A DNA stretch of 62,553 nucleotides, filler included, from Candidatus Woesearchaeota archaeon (GTDB taxonomy: Archaea; Nanobdellota; Nanobdellia; Woesearchaeales; B72-G16), in NCBI GenBank assembly GCA_003650545.1. It is 4 parts of 4 records of this genome, joined end to end, with 100 filler letters (N's around TTAATTAATTAA, not from the genome) between each part and the next. Parts side by side here need not be neighbours in the genome. Positions count along the whole stretch, not along the records: positions 17,907 to 35,371 come from QMQO01000028.1; 3 more parts are not named here. One strand, written 5' to 3'. The notes beneath the pieces are model-generated. The model saw only the letters and a list, made by a program, of their open reading frames with translations. It had not been told where the DNA came from and ran no database searches. This document shows positions 18,115 to 29,500 of this stretch, piece by piece. Position numbers and translations under genes: made by a program. Each line of letters starts with the position of its first letter. Within the stretch, counting starts at the first letter, position 1.

Positions 18115-19218
18115 CTATTCAAGCACAGAAGGAACAGGGTAAGGAGAAGGTGTTGTATATGTTCCAGGTCCTGTTGCAACCTCTCCTACAGAACCCTCGT
18201 CAAAATCTTCAAAATCTGTTGCCTGCGGTGGTTCGTATTGTGGCAGAACTTGCTCTGTTACTGGAGCTGTTGTTGACGAATAACCAGCTGGCTCTTCCCC
18301 AACTCTTAATGGTCTTTCGCCTTCTTTTGTTATTGGTACGCACATTTCACCAGACCAGCCTAGACCTCCGCCACTTATAACTCTTAGACATATCTGAGTG
18401 TATTCTGTAAACAGATCCATTATTCTTGCGTTAGGTCCGTATTCACAGTATTTGCAATAACTTGGAGGGCTTATGACCTCACCAGCATCATTCGTCTCAA
18501 CAGGTTTTGTCCATATCCTTATAGGATATTTATCTTTCCAAAGAGACACCACACGACCATTTCTGCTTTTTAGATCGATGTTAAATGCAATCTCAGAATT
18601 GTCTTCTATGTATACATTATATTCTATTGTGTAGCGCCATTTCTGAACTAGTAATGGCTCAACAACATTGTTTGGTTTTTTTAGGAAGCACACACCAATG
18701 TTGCTTCCAATTGACTGAGGCCTACATGATACATCTTCTGGATCAACTTTGCCCTGAAGATGTTTATTCACAACACTCGTACAATTAGCTGTTTCTGAGC
18801 AGTATATTGGCACAGCAACCTTAGATTTTTTACCATGCCAGTAGCTTGTCCTCTGAAAGATTATGTCGCCATAATCAGCATGAGAGCTTGATGTGTGTAT
18901 AGAAACCCCTGGTGGTGGTGATATTTTCTTTTTACATATTTTTGCAACTTGATACTCTGTTCCTGCAAGAAGGAAAGATTTTTGTAACAGCCTATCTACA
19001 TCTTCCTGCCATGCTTTGAACGCGTCTCCTGGTAGAAAGTATGCAAGTCCAGACAGACCTGTAAACCGATTTAGGAGATTCCCAATTTCATTGCCATCTG
19101 CTACACCTGCAGCTACACCCACGATTAATAGTGCAACTACAAACACAACCATCATCTTCCATCTCATTCCATCATATTTGTTAGCCATTAAAATATATTG
19201 TTTTCCCACCTTATTCAT
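18115..19218 (-). CDS. Exported Cys-containing hypothetical protein with Pro/Thr/acidic tail
   Basis: ORF track; hydrophobic N-terminal segment. Confidence 0.65.
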   Translation of the reverse strand: MNKVGKQYILMANKYDGMRWKMMVVFVVALLIVGVAAGVADGNEIGNLLNRFTGLSGLAYFLPGDAFKAWQEDVDRLLQKSFLLAGTEYQVAKICKKKISPPPGVSIHTSSSHADYGDIIFQRTSYWHGKKSKVAVPIYCSETANCTSVVNKHLQGKVDPEDVSCRPQSIGSNIGVCFLKKPNNVVEPLLVQKWRYTIEYNVYIEDNSEIAFNIDLKSRNGRVVSLWKDKYPIRIWTKPVETNDAGEVISPPSYCKYCEYGPNARIMDLFTEYTQICLRVISGGGLGWSGEMCVPITKEGERPLRVGEEPAGYSSTTAPVTEQVLPQYEPPQATDFEDFDEGSVGEVATGPGTYTTPSPYPVPSVLE

Positions 19219-19235
19219 CTCACACTAAACCTCAC
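19210..19235. repeat. 26-bp direct repeat, copy 1
   Basis: CTTATTCATCTCACACTAAACCTCAC, identical to 20238-20263. Confidence 0.95.
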
Positions 19236-19808
19236 AAACACATCAACAATAGCATGAACATCGCCAAACAAAACATGTTTTTTAGCTATCTCAACAGCCA
19301 AAGCTTTTTTCTGTTGAAAAGCCTTTTGTAACGCCATTAAACTAACAAACTCAACATTAATTTTTCTAGGATATCTTCTTAATATTTTTTTTATTTTATC
19401 TTTATTCGACCTGCCCACAATAACTAAATCAACATCTGAATCTGGCTTTTCCTTCCCAACTGCAAAACTTCCGAACAAGATTATAGCTTCAGCAAGAGGG
19501 CTCAACTCTTCAAAGATTATCTTTAACTCAGGATTGGTTAACACCTGTATAGATTTGTTCAGCTCAGCCATCTCTATCAACAGTTTTGCTTGTAGATTGT
19601 TCAGGTTCAAGCTGTATTCAATGTTTCGTCCCTTTTTATTTGCATTTAAAATCCTTAGTCTAACAAGCTCTTTCAGATGAGTAAGTGCAGTCTGTGGACT
19701 AACCGAAAGTTTTCGGGCAATCTCTCGCCCTGTAAACGCATTTGAATAACCTTCCAGGTACAAGGATGTTATGTCCATTTTTTTAGACATATGTCTAATT
19801 TTTTTCAT
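19215..19808 (-). CDS. wHTH-fused minimal nucleotidyltransferase (MNT antitoxin-like)
   Basis: N-terminal REIARKL..SPQT HTH; LFGSFAVG...SDVD nucleotidyltransferase motif. Confidence 0.85.
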   Translation of the reverse strand: MKKIRHMSKKMDITSLYLEGYSNAFTGREIARKLSVSPQTALTHLKELVRLRILNANKKGRNIEYSLNLNNLQAKLLIEMAELNKSIQVLTNPELKIIFEELSPLAEAIILFGSFAVGKEKPDSDVDLVIVGRSNKDKIKKILRRYPRKINVEFVSLMALQKAFQQKKALAVEIAKKHVLFGDVHAIVDVFVRFSVR

Positions 19809-20246
19809 TTAAATTTCCTCCCTTAAAATAGTCCTGAATTCATCAATGTCTAGGTTATTCAATAATGTCTTACATTTCAACACAAAAGCTTTAATCTTAC
19901 TTTCGTCTTTTAATTCAACATCTTTAAGGTAGTATTGTGCATCTATTCTATCCCTCTTTAACGCTTCTATTAACTCAATATCTTCTTTTTCAAAATCAGG
20001 CAAAATGCTCATCAACGCAATCGTACAGTCATGTATCTCACTTTTCACACCAGCTTTCATCAAAACAGAATATAACGCATTATAACAAGCGTAATATGCA
20101 ATTATGACTCTCCACTTACCCTTAGCAACAAACATATTTTCAAGGGTATCATTTGCTTCTTCAATATATTCTTTGCTTAAATTAGCATTTGGCTCTATAA
20201 ACTCCAAGCCTCTTTTTTGTTCAAAACACCATTTTAGCTTATTCAT
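19809..20246 (-). CDS. HEPN domain protein
   Basis: AYYACYNA...H...RIDAQY pattern; coupled to the MNT gene. Confidence 0.85.
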   Translation of the reverse strand: MNKLKWCFEQKRGLEFIEPNANLSKEYIEEANDTLENMFVAKGKWRVIIAYYACYNALYSVLMKAGVKSEIHDCTIALMSILPDFEKEDIELIEALKRDRIDAQYYLKDVELKDESKIKAFVLKCKTLLNNLDIDEFRTILREEI

Positions 20247-20263
20247 CTCACACTAAACCTCAC
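20238..20263. repeat. 26-bp direct repeat, copy 2
   Basis: Identical to 19210-19235. Confidence 0.95.
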
Positions 20264-21037
20264 GGTTCTTTCTGCAACATCTCCTGTAACATCATCATGT
20301 ATCTTAACAGTAACATCATAATCGCCAGGCTCAAACAGCCTACCCCTTAAAATATTCCTAAATTCAAATTCATTCTTTCTTTCATAATCTTCAACAATGT
20401 TGTTGATCCTGCTATCAGGTAACTCGTCGATAGTCAACAACGACACAACCTCGCCATCCTTCTTTGTTTCAATGCTTTCATAGATATTTACATGATAACG
20501 ACCATCATCTTGCAACTCATATTTAAAGCCTTGCACCTTAACATACAGGTAAACATCCTCGCCAAGCCGAAACTCATTCTTTGGTTTGTATTCATAGGTA
20601 TAATCTTCAACATAATCCGAGCTATCCAGTTCAGATATTAAAAACAGAAGCATAGGATCATAGCTTCCAAACAACATTGGCTTTTCAACAACTGGCGTCT
20701 TTTCTTCTCCTTCAGGGAGAGCAGGTGGTTTAGGTGTTACTGGCACCACAACAGGCCTAGTAAAATAAGTAGCCAAGAACACACCCAAAACAACCACAAC
20801 CATCACAGTAGAAACACCAATGATTAAGTTGCGATGGTAAAAAAAGTTTATACGCCTGACAGGATGCGGCATCATTCTAAAATGTTTAGGAACCTTAACA
20901 GTGCTTGCAGCAGCAATTGCATCAGCAATATCTTTCTCAGAATAGCCTTGCATCCTTAGAGCATTTGCAATCTGCTCTCTTGTAAAACCTTCATTTAGTT
21001 CTTGTCTAATGTAATGAACTATTCTTTGGTCTGCCAT
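20243..21037 (-). CDS. Single-pass membrane protein with small helical N-domain and Ig-like C-domain
   Basis: YIRQEL..GF.REQI..AL..QGY, central TM, PGDY.V.V.I.D. Confidence 0.65.
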   Translation of the reverse strand: MADQRIVHYIRQELNEGFTREQIANALRMQGYSEKDIADAIAAASTVKVPKHFRMMPHPVRRINFFYHRNLIIGVSTVMVVVVLGVFLATYFTRPVVVPVTPKPPALPEGEEKTPVVEKPMLFGSYDPMLLFLISELDSSDYVEDYTYEYKPKNEFRLGEDVYLYVKVQGFKYELQDDGRYHVNIYESIETKKDGEVVSLLTIDELPDSRINNIVEDYERKNEFEFRNILRGRLFEPGDYDVTVKIHDDVTGDVAERTVRFSVR

Positions 21038-21047
21038 TTTTATTTTT

Positions 21048-24000
21048 TTATTTCAAAGCATCGCAATAACTATTCATGTTTGTCCTCCATTTCTCTTCAT
21101 CATCTTCCAGCCTTTTGAGTTGTGATTGCATTGATTTGATCCTGCCATATGTTGTACCAAGATAATCAGCATAAGCAACTTTTTGACAGAACACATGAGC
21201 ATTAGAATTAGAACAGAACTTTTTACATTTTTTTGCAGCATACAATCCAAATAATGCAAGCGGGTTACTCATCCTGTTTCTTATTAATCTACCGATTTTA
21301 TCCAAAACAACAGTCTGTGGAAGAAAATTGAACAGCTCGCCTCGCCAGTATTTACATTTCTCAAAAGCATAGTTCTGATCACAGATCTCCCTTGGCAAGC
21401 CTTGCGGCACCAATGTCTGCAGACAATAGGCTTTTTTACATTCAATCTCATTCAGCTCATTCATCTTTATCAATATTCCAGGCAAACATAATTTAGCAAC
21501 ATCACCAACCAATGTTTCCCTTTCAGTTGAGTATGGATTAACCCATGAAAAAGCAGGCTCATAATAGCTCAGGTCAGAGCTCTCTTCTTCTTCACCTTCA
21601 TCATCATTACTTGTACCTTGAGGGCTCCCTAGTTCACTTAGATAATCAACATAACCCCCAATGTCAAGACTCTTCTTAACATCCTCTATGATCTCATTAA
21701 GTTTGTCAATATCTTCTCCTCCATCTACTATTTTACCAAGCGGTTTACTACAAGACACAAAGTCGCAAAAACGATCTAAGCTATCTATACTTATTATCTC
21801 TGTATCGCTAGCTTTTTCACTCTGTTTACAAGCATTGGTTTTTGCAACTTCCGTAAGGTCATCCTTAGATTTAAGCCACACCTCTATATCATTCCATACC
21901 TCCCTTATCCCATTAATCAAACCAATATAATTACAGAGTTTTCTTGCTGTTTCTATGCTCTCTGCCAGGTTCCTTATACGATCTTTCTTCTTGCCTCCTT
22001 TCAAGTCTTTGATCTCCTGTCTCAACCCCTCGCCGATATCACCCATCGGCAGGTTGTACAGCTCAATATAGGTATCCCCCTTATCCCTATCCTTGTATGA
22101 CTCAAATGTGATCAACTTAGGTGCATATAACTTAACACTGTCCCGCGCTATAACAGTAAATGTACAGTTAATAGGTATAAACTGAACATCCATGCTCATC
22201 CTATTCATTATAAACTCTAAAACAAGATGGTTGCTGTTTGCACCATAAATATTGTTAACATGAGCAATATAATCCTTGTTAGAGCCAAAGATACAGCTCG
22301 GAGGATTCACATGGATCTCTACAGCCCTCACACCAGATCTTCCAGATCTAAATTCAAAATCAAAATACACAATCTCATTTGTTAATTGTGCAGTCCGCCT
22401 GTTAACCATGCCAGACCTTTTAACCTTTGCAATATAAAAACCCGAATCTTCGGTTCCAGGTGGCTCAAGAACAGTCAGCTTGCGTTCAAATGTTACTGAT
22501 TTGTTAGCAAAGTTATAGAATGTAAATCTAATCCTTACATTTCTGTTTGTTTCCAGCAAGGTATCTGTCTGCGCAAAACATTCCCTATCCTCGCACTGGA
22601 ATACAACTTCACCTAGATTGTTACTTAGCTTAGACAGATTAGCCTTTCCATAAGCCATAGGCACCTGACTATCAAACACAAACCTGAAAACAATGCTTTG
22701 GCCCTGCGTAAAGTAGTCATAACCCTCTTCATTTGTGATGAATTCGTCAATCAGCTTGGGTGGTTCTGTGCTAACAACAAAGGTTTGTGTGTTCCCACCA
22801 AGATCGACTAAGTCAGCCTCATTGCCAACATCATCTTTTACAAATCGAATCACAGCAGTTGCTATCTTGCTTGTATAGCCAGGCTTGAGGTTAACATCCC
22901 TCCAAAAACAAATCCACCTTCCACCACTAAGGTTACACTCTGGTTTTCGTACAGCCTCTCCAGTCGCAAAATTACCAAAATCCACCTCAATGTTATGGTT
23001 GAACATTCCTGCCCCAACCTCGTCTATAAGCATCACAAATGTATTCTTATTTGATACAAAGCTAGTGCCATTCTCTAAAGACAAACTTGTGCCAAAATAT
23101 TCAACAACTGGTGGCTGGTCATCCTTCACAATGGTTTTCTCTGCAACAATCTCTTGATAATTTCCAAGAACATCACTCACATTAATGTATATCCTAACAT
23201 CGCCGCCGTCTTTCAGGTGAACATTTTCCCAGTAGAACTGTTTTATCAGGGCATCATAGCCATCAGCTTCCTTATAAACATTCATGTTCTGATCACTCAG
23301 CTCATAAAAGTTAGCCTTGACACCTTCTTTCTCAACATCAGAATCATCTGAAACATTTATATAAACCCTGTCTAACACAATAGGGTAGGCACCAACATAT
23401 TCAACAGGAACGCCATGTCTCGTCAGGTTTATCATGGTAACATCTGGTGCTTTTCTGTCAATTTCAACCTGCTGGCATTTAGGATCTGACAGCTGCTGCA
23501 TCCAGTCCGCAGCCTGTAGGCAGAATGATACATTTGCCACAACATTTTCAGGGATCACGCTTGGATCAAACATAAAGCTACCTGATCTCGTGCGCTCAAA
23601 CTTTCCTGTTATCTCTGTTATGTTGATCTCGCCCACACCATCAATGTAATACACCAGAAAAAGTAATCCTGCTGATCTTCCTTGGTACTCTGCTGGATCT
23701 TCGACATCAAACTTGATCTCAACAGGTTTTCTGCCAAGCTTACCGTCTGGAAGAACAACATCAAACACACTCACTACAGGTGGACTATCATCTATTGTAA
23801 AGTCAATCTGTTTACTTGAAACAGCTACCCTGTTCCTGTTTAACAATTCAACAGAATAAATAATATGATTATCAGCGCCAAAGTCAAACTGTTCTGGCAT
23901 CTCATCCTGGTAGATGCAGGTCCAGATATTTGTGTATTTCCTGCTACAGTCAAACAACATGTTCTCAGTTGCGTGTCTAATCTCGACTGTAAACGGTCCT

Positions 24001-24197
24001 ATAGTTGTGTTATCCACCTCTACCTCGATGTACCTTTTATCAATCCTGCGTAGAAATCCTTCAACACCATCAACACCATAATATTTTGGCTGGGTAAGTA
24101 TATCTGCAGCAGCCACAGCTACAAATAGCAGAGCCAATACTAACATTAACATTATCTTTGCATTTGTATTATTGTTGATGTTATTGTTGACATTCAT
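21048..24197 (-). CDS. Large exported protein, Ig-like repeats plus Cys-rich helical C-terminus
   Basis: Signal peptide, D..PP repeat boundaries, many C-terminal Cys. Confidence 0.7.
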   Translation of the reverse strand: MNVNNNINNNTNAKIMLMLVLALLFVAVAAADILTQPKYYGVDGVEGFLRRIDKRYIEVEVDNTTIGPFTVEIRHATENMLFDCSRKYTNIWTCIYQDEMPEQFDFGADNHIIYSVELLNRNRVAVSSKQIDFTIDDSPPVVSVFDVVLPDGKLGRKPVEIKFDVEDPAEYQGRSAGLLFLVYYIDGVGEINITEITGKFERTRSGSFMFDPSVIPENVVANVSFCLQAADWMQQLSDPKCQQVEIDRKAPDVTMINLTRHGVPVEYVGAYPIVLDRVYINVSDDSDVEKEGVKANFYELSDQNMNVYKEADGYDALIKQFYWENVHLKDGGDVRIYINVSDVLGNYQEIVAEKTIVKDDQPPVVEYFGTSLSLENGTSFVSNKNTFVMLIDEVGAGMFNHNIEVDFGNFATGEAVRKPECNLSGGRWICFWRDVNLKPGYTSKIATAVIRFVKDDVGNEADLVDLGGNTQTFVVSTEPPKLIDEFITNEEGYDYFTQGQSIVFRFVFDSQVPMAYGKANLSKLSNNLGEVVFQCEDRECFAQTDTLLETNRNVRIRFTFYNFANKSVTFERKLTVLEPPGTEDSGFYIAKVKRSGMVNRRTAQLTNEIVYFDFEFRSGRSGVRAVEIHVNPPSCIFGSNKDYIAHVNNIYGANSNHLVLEFIMNRMSMDVQFIPINCTFTVIARDSVKLYAPKLITFESYKDRDKGDTYIELYNLPMGDIGEGLRQEIKDLKGGKKKDRIRNLAESIETARKLCNYIGLINGIREVWNDIEVWLKSKDDLTEVAKTNACKQSEKASDTEIISIDSLDRFCDFVSCSKPLGKIVDGGEDIDKLNEIIEDVKKSLDIGGYVDYLSELGSPQGTSNDDEGEEEESSDLSYYEPAFSWVNPYSTERETLVGDVAKLCLPGILIKMNELNEIECKKAYCLQTLVPQGLPREICDQNYAFEKCKYWRGELFNFLPQTVVLDKIGRLIRNRMSNPLALFGLYAAKKCKKFCSNSNAHVFCQKVAYADYLGTTYGRIKSMQSQLKRLEDDEEKWRTNMNSYCDALK

Positions 24198-24298
24198 TTT
24201 AAATTGATGCCTTGAAAGTTTTTATTTCTAAAACCACTCTAAAAACCCAAAATGGATTAGTAACCCAAAAATGGGTTAGTGGCCTTAGTCTTCATTCT

Positions 24299-26461
24299 TC
24301 AGGATATTGTCGGTTTTAATGCGCTATAGCGATATTTTTTTGAGTACATCTCTATCTGGCCCATCTGACCTAGATCCTCTATCTTTAGCTCTGTCCTTGG
24401 GACTGACAACAGATCGATCCAAGCAACCCTTAGCTTTAGATTTCCTTTGTTTAGATCCTCCCTTGTAAGTTCTAAATAGCCAGTATTCTCATTAAGCAAC
24501 AATCCGCCGGATAAATGTTTATCAAGCTCCAATGGCTCTTCTGGAATGATCAAAGTTATCGTCTTTTTCTGGAATGGAATACCAGTCTTCACCTGGAAAG
24601 ATCTATCATCAGGCTCGACAACCAATGGTTGCTCATTAATTGTCTGCACTTCAACCCTGTATCTCCCACGGATAAGCTTAATTTTTTCAGTAGGCTCATC
24701 CCTTGTAAGTTTTGCTGATACAAATACATCTGGTTCAAAAGGTCCTTCTTTGATTCTATCAAACATAACAATTGCACTCTCTTTATAATCAAGTTCTCTA
24801 TCTGGTAAGGCTGTCTGCAAACTCCACACGCCTGTCTGCAGGTTCTTTGAGACACGTTTTTTTACAACATTTACAGTAACATCCTTGAAAGGTTCCATCT
24901 GAGCATTAACTTGGCTAGAGCCAGGTATCACGATGTCTGCAAACGTATTAGCATAATCCGGATGCATAAACTCTAGCTTGCCAATGACACCAGATGGAAA
25001 CAACCCTTCCAAGAATCCTTGTTTGGTAACTCCAACAAAACAATCATTATCTGCAACCTTGAGAGTAACCACCACTCCGTCTATTGGTTTTCCTGTCACT
25101 TTATCAGTTACATTAACAGGCACAAGGATATTCTTGTTAGCAACATCACAAAAATTCTGTTCAACTTCTGGTGGTTGCTCTAGAACATAGTCTTCTGAGA
25201 GCGGGGTATTTGCACGCACATTGCTTTCCATAGCAAACATAAACCTGTACCCTTCAGGTGAGCAACAATCTGCCTTCTCATCGATGATACTAACAATAAC
25301 AGGATAACTCACATCATAATAAAAGCGATAATCTTGGTAACCGAACAGTATTCCTCCAAATGTGTTAGTGTAAGAAAGCGGCTTGCAGATCTCGCCGTCA
25401 CAATTCAGGTCAAAATAAGTATCCCACCATGGTTGATATATAAAACGCACACCATAGCCATGATCATCTAGTGGGATCTGAGCATTATTAAGAATCTGCT
25501 CTGCAATCGTTCTGATCAATTCGTCCTCTTCTGCAGGCAGATAATATCTCTTGGAGCCTATATTTTCGTCTAAGAAAAAAAAGTTAACATAGTCTGACAA
25601 CATATCCTTTACTTTCTCTTTTACCTCTGACTTCAACCAGTAGACATTGCTTCCTATTGCAAAATCTGTCGCCTCCATTGGCGGCAATTTTGTCTCATCG
25701 ATCGGCTGTGAAAAAGTAGCTATGTAGTCCAGCGCTTGTTTCTCGAGATATTTATATTCTTTTTCAAGATCAGTTATATTACTAGCAAGATCATATATCC
25801 GTTTTAAGGGTACTTTCTTAACAATCACCAGAGGCTCCAGAACCTTAAACAAATCATCCTTAGTTATCCTAAGTGGCAATGTTACTGTAAACTGCACATC
25901 TTTGTTCCTGATTAAAACATCTGCAGATGCAGCATCTAGTTCCTCTACTGAAAAGCCCTCCTCTTTTGCTTTGTTCAGCTCGCGAGTAACACAATTGCGA
26001 GCAGCCTGCACAACATAACGCTCAAGCTGCTTCTGGATAGACTTATCTGTGCTGTATAATGGTGGACGTTTACTTGAAAACCGGCAGTTTCTATTACAAT
26101 CGTTTCTGCTGGACAAGTAATACCAGTAAGGAACATCAACCCCTGAGTCTATGCCCAAGGTTACATAATCGCCATCAACAGGTGTAAATCCTTTTCTGAA
26201 GCTTGTTCTAGTAAAAGTAGGGTCTGTCAGACTGATATAGCCGCCATGCTGACCAATCTTCCTCAGGCCATCTTCAGCTGCAATCGAGAAACACCCTGTT
26301 AAAGCGCTCTTTAGAGAAGAAACATCGAGCCTGCCAACACCAGGAACCCTACTTGTTATTCTAACAGCAATAATCGCACCAACAATAATCAGAATTATGA
26401 CAATAGCAACTATTATAAATATAGTTATCTGAGCCTTCTTCCCTCTTTTTAAAGCATACAT
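24299..26461 (-). CDS. Large class III signal peptide protein
   Basis: KRGKKA|QITIFIIVAIVII; C...G..GGY...VPYWYY. Confidence 0.75.
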   Translation of the reverse strand: MYALKRGKKAQITIFIIVAIVIILIIVGAIIAVRITSRVPGVGRLDVSSLKSALTGCFSIAAEDGLRKIGQHGGYISLTDPTFTRTSFRKGFTPVDGDYVTLGIDSGVDVPYWYYLSSRNDCNRNCRFSSKRPPLYSTDKSIQKQLERYVVQAARNCVTRELNKAKEEGFSVEELDAASADVLIRNKDVQFTVTLPLRITKDDLFKVLEPLVIVKKVPLKRIYDLASNITDLEKEYKYLEKQALDYIATFSQPIDETKLPPMEATDFAIGSNVYWLKSEVKEKVKDMLSDYVNFFFLDENIGSKRYYLPAEEDELIRTIAEQILNNAQIPLDDHGYGVRFIYQPWWDTYFDLNCDGEICKPLSYTNTFGGILFGYQDYRFYYDVSYPVIVSIIDEKADCCSPEGYRFMFAMESNVRANTPLSEDYVLEQPPEVEQNFCDVANKNILVPVNVTDKVTGKPIDGVVVTLKVADNDCFVGVTKQGFLEGLFPSGVIGKLEFMHPDYANTFADIVIPGSSQVNAQMEPFKDVTVNVVKKRVSKNLQTGVWSLQTALPDRELDYKESAIVMFDRIKEGPFEPDVFVSAKLTRDEPTEKIKLIRGRYRVEVQTINEQPLVVEPDDRSFQVKTGIPFQKKTITLIIPEEPLELDKHLSGGLLLNENTGYLELTREDLNKGNLKLRVAWIDLLSVPRTELKIEDLGQMGQIEMYSKKYRYSALKPTIS

Positions 26462-26549
26462 CGTGATACCTTCTTAGAATAGTTATCTTGTTCAGATTTA
26501 TAAGTTTTTTGGTTAAAAATATATGAAAAAAAATGTAAAAAGAGCTGAG

Positions 26550-29500
26550 CTAATCGCTTTGGGTTGAGATTGAAGCAGCCTCCATAAAATAATTATACAA
26601 TCTTTCGTCAGAGCTATATGAATATGCAATAGTTCGAAGAATTTCTTCTGCTTGAATTTCTGCAGCAGCTTCATTTCCTAACTGACGTTTTTTAAGATCA
26701 ACATATCCATTAAAAAGATCTTCTGGGCTATACTTATCCATCAGCACCCATATTTCCTCATCATAGTCCTTATTGTACGCTACTCTTATCGCCCTCATTG
26801 TTGCTATCAATTCAGCGTCAGCATGATTGGTAAATTCATCTTTAGCAGACCCAAGATTCTTTTCAACCAACTCATTTGCATGTTCTATTGCTCCAGAACT
26901 TATAGCTGGTCTTTCTGGTATTTGGCTAACCCTTGTTTTTTGGCTAACCATGGTTTCTTTTAAGTTAAAGAGCTGTTCTCCTTCGCTTGCTTTGATGTCT
27001 TCAATTTCAGAGTTATAAAGATTGTAGCAATCTGTGTCGTCTTTAGAACAATAATTTCTAAGTTCTCTTAGACAAATAAGTTGTTTTATTTTATCTCCAC
27101 TATCAACTGCCCGATTATATTCTTCCCTCAATTCACTTATCCTACCTAGATCATAAGGTAAAGAACCTGCCTCTTCAATATATCTCTTTTCTTCTTCTGA
27201 ATAGGGTGTATCGCCCCTTTCAGAGATGTAATCCAAAGCATCTTGCTCTGTTTTTATGAAATCCATGTTATTAATCAAAAAGTTTATAAGATCTTTTTCT
27301 ACTTCAGATGCTCTAGGATTATTGCTAATCCTAAGGATTTCTAATTCATCTGCTAGAGAATTCATATAAGCCAGTTTTTTATCATCGATATCCTCTGGTC
27401 TCATAATTACTGGTGTTGTTGGAACATTTACATTATCTGCAGAAGCAAATCTAGCAACATCCCCTGTTGAAGGATCTACTACAGCATCATCTAATGTGAC
27501 AGTTGCAGTACCATCTTCATTTACGCTAAACTCATAATCTGTCCCTGGGATTTTATATTTATTATCGCCTATCTTTATTGCATAGTTATATTTTTTCCTA
27601 CCAATAATCATCTCAATAGGGATAACAGAGTTATATAATCTAGTGTTAACATTTTCTTGTGTATCTCTTATAGCGTCTATGTCTTTACCCTCTTTTATTT
27701 CTGATTCTATAAGTACTTTTCGAGATTCTTGTAGCAACATTGTACTCAAAGCATTTATATCTAGTGAATGTTTTGTTCTGCAATTATCAGGGGCAACAGA
27801 GTCCTTAACACATTCATATACAACATCATCAACCACTTTGTAACATTTATCCATGAGAGTTGTTGAAACACATCTCCCTGTACTCAATAAGAATTTAATT
27901 TCCTCAACATAATCAGCTGAGCTTAATTCCTCTGTATCAACATCACTTCTTGTAATTAATAATATATAAGAATCATTAGTCACCATGTACGTCGTCTTGT
28001 CATCACCCAAGGTAATCGCTTCATCTTTTCCTAGTATTTTTTTTGTACTACAGTAATCAGAGTCAGTTTCAACTGCTACACTATGCTTATAAAGTGAACA
28101 TTTCATATCTAGGTTACAGAAAAGTTGACCATGACATTTTGATGATTCTGAAATAACAGACACAGAGTTACAATTATCAAATATCTCTCCTCTCTCTTTA
28201 AGAAAATAAACTACAGAAATTCCTTGACAATCAATTATCTGTTTACCGATAAAGCCAACCAGGTCAAATTTAGTAGGCCTATTAAATCTTACTATGCCAT
28301 AATCATCTGCTTCTTCATCATACTCAAAAAGAATATCTCCCTTATCAAGGACATAATAATCCAAGAAAGTTCCTCGATTAGAGCTATCAACAACAACACG
28401 CCCTTCGCTGTTAAACTGCACTAATGTTTTAACATAGGTAGGAAGTTTACCTGTCTTTCTCCAAGAAGTAATATCCTCAACTATGTTTTCTGCTGTATAA
28501 TAAGGGTCCTGAAACTTATAGTTAGCAATCCTCCCAAATACACCTGTGTCAAAAAAGAGAACGCGTTCTATACGTTCTCTATCATAATCGTATGTCTTGA
28601 TCACGCCAAAGCTATCTTCAATCGCAGCTACATAGTATGTTTCGTCGTCACTAGCTCCGCGACCATACGCAGGATATTTATTGCAAACCCCTTTATCGCC
28701 ACAAACACCTGTATAAGATACTGTATTTAAATCTGGAGAACGTACACTTACTTTGAATTGCCTATCTAAATCTCCAGGGATGACAAAATTATTAAACACA
28801 ACATCCGGCATGTTTAATATAGAACCCATATCCATTAAAATATCATATCCTCCATCTGCCCGAGAATATGTTAAAAAACCATCTGAATTAAAAGAAATAT
28901 CTCTATTATCTAAATGAAAAATTGTATTTTGGACATCTGTAGTAACACTGTTCCCGTTTATCTTTATTGTTCCTGGGGAAAGTAAAGAGATATCCAATCC
29001 TTCTGCATTTTGTATCCTTACATCACCATTATTACCAGAACTAATCTTATAGCCCGGAGTCATGTTCTGTATTATAACATCGTAAGAACTACCAAAACCT
29101 CCTTCAGGAGGAAACAGACTAATAGTCAAAACACCTAAAAGAGAGCTAATAAAACCACCGCCGCCATCATCGCAGAATAAAGTTTCTTGAATTTTTAAGC
29201 ATTTTTGATCGTCATCCATAACAGCTTCAACAGATTTGCCAGATAAATCGCGAAGTGATACACTAACACCAAAACTAAAAACTCCATCAAAATATTCACC
29301 TAACCCATTTGATTTGAAAGAACTAAGTTCAAACTTTGTTTTAATTGCTTCATCAAAAATTTCTGGGTACCGATTCCTGAACGCAACAAAGATTGATTTT
29401 ACTTCTGTAGAATGAGTTTTCATATATTCTTCTAGTCCAAAAATTAAGGAGGGATCCATATCCCTGATTATTTTTGCAGCATCATACGCATCAATCCTGC

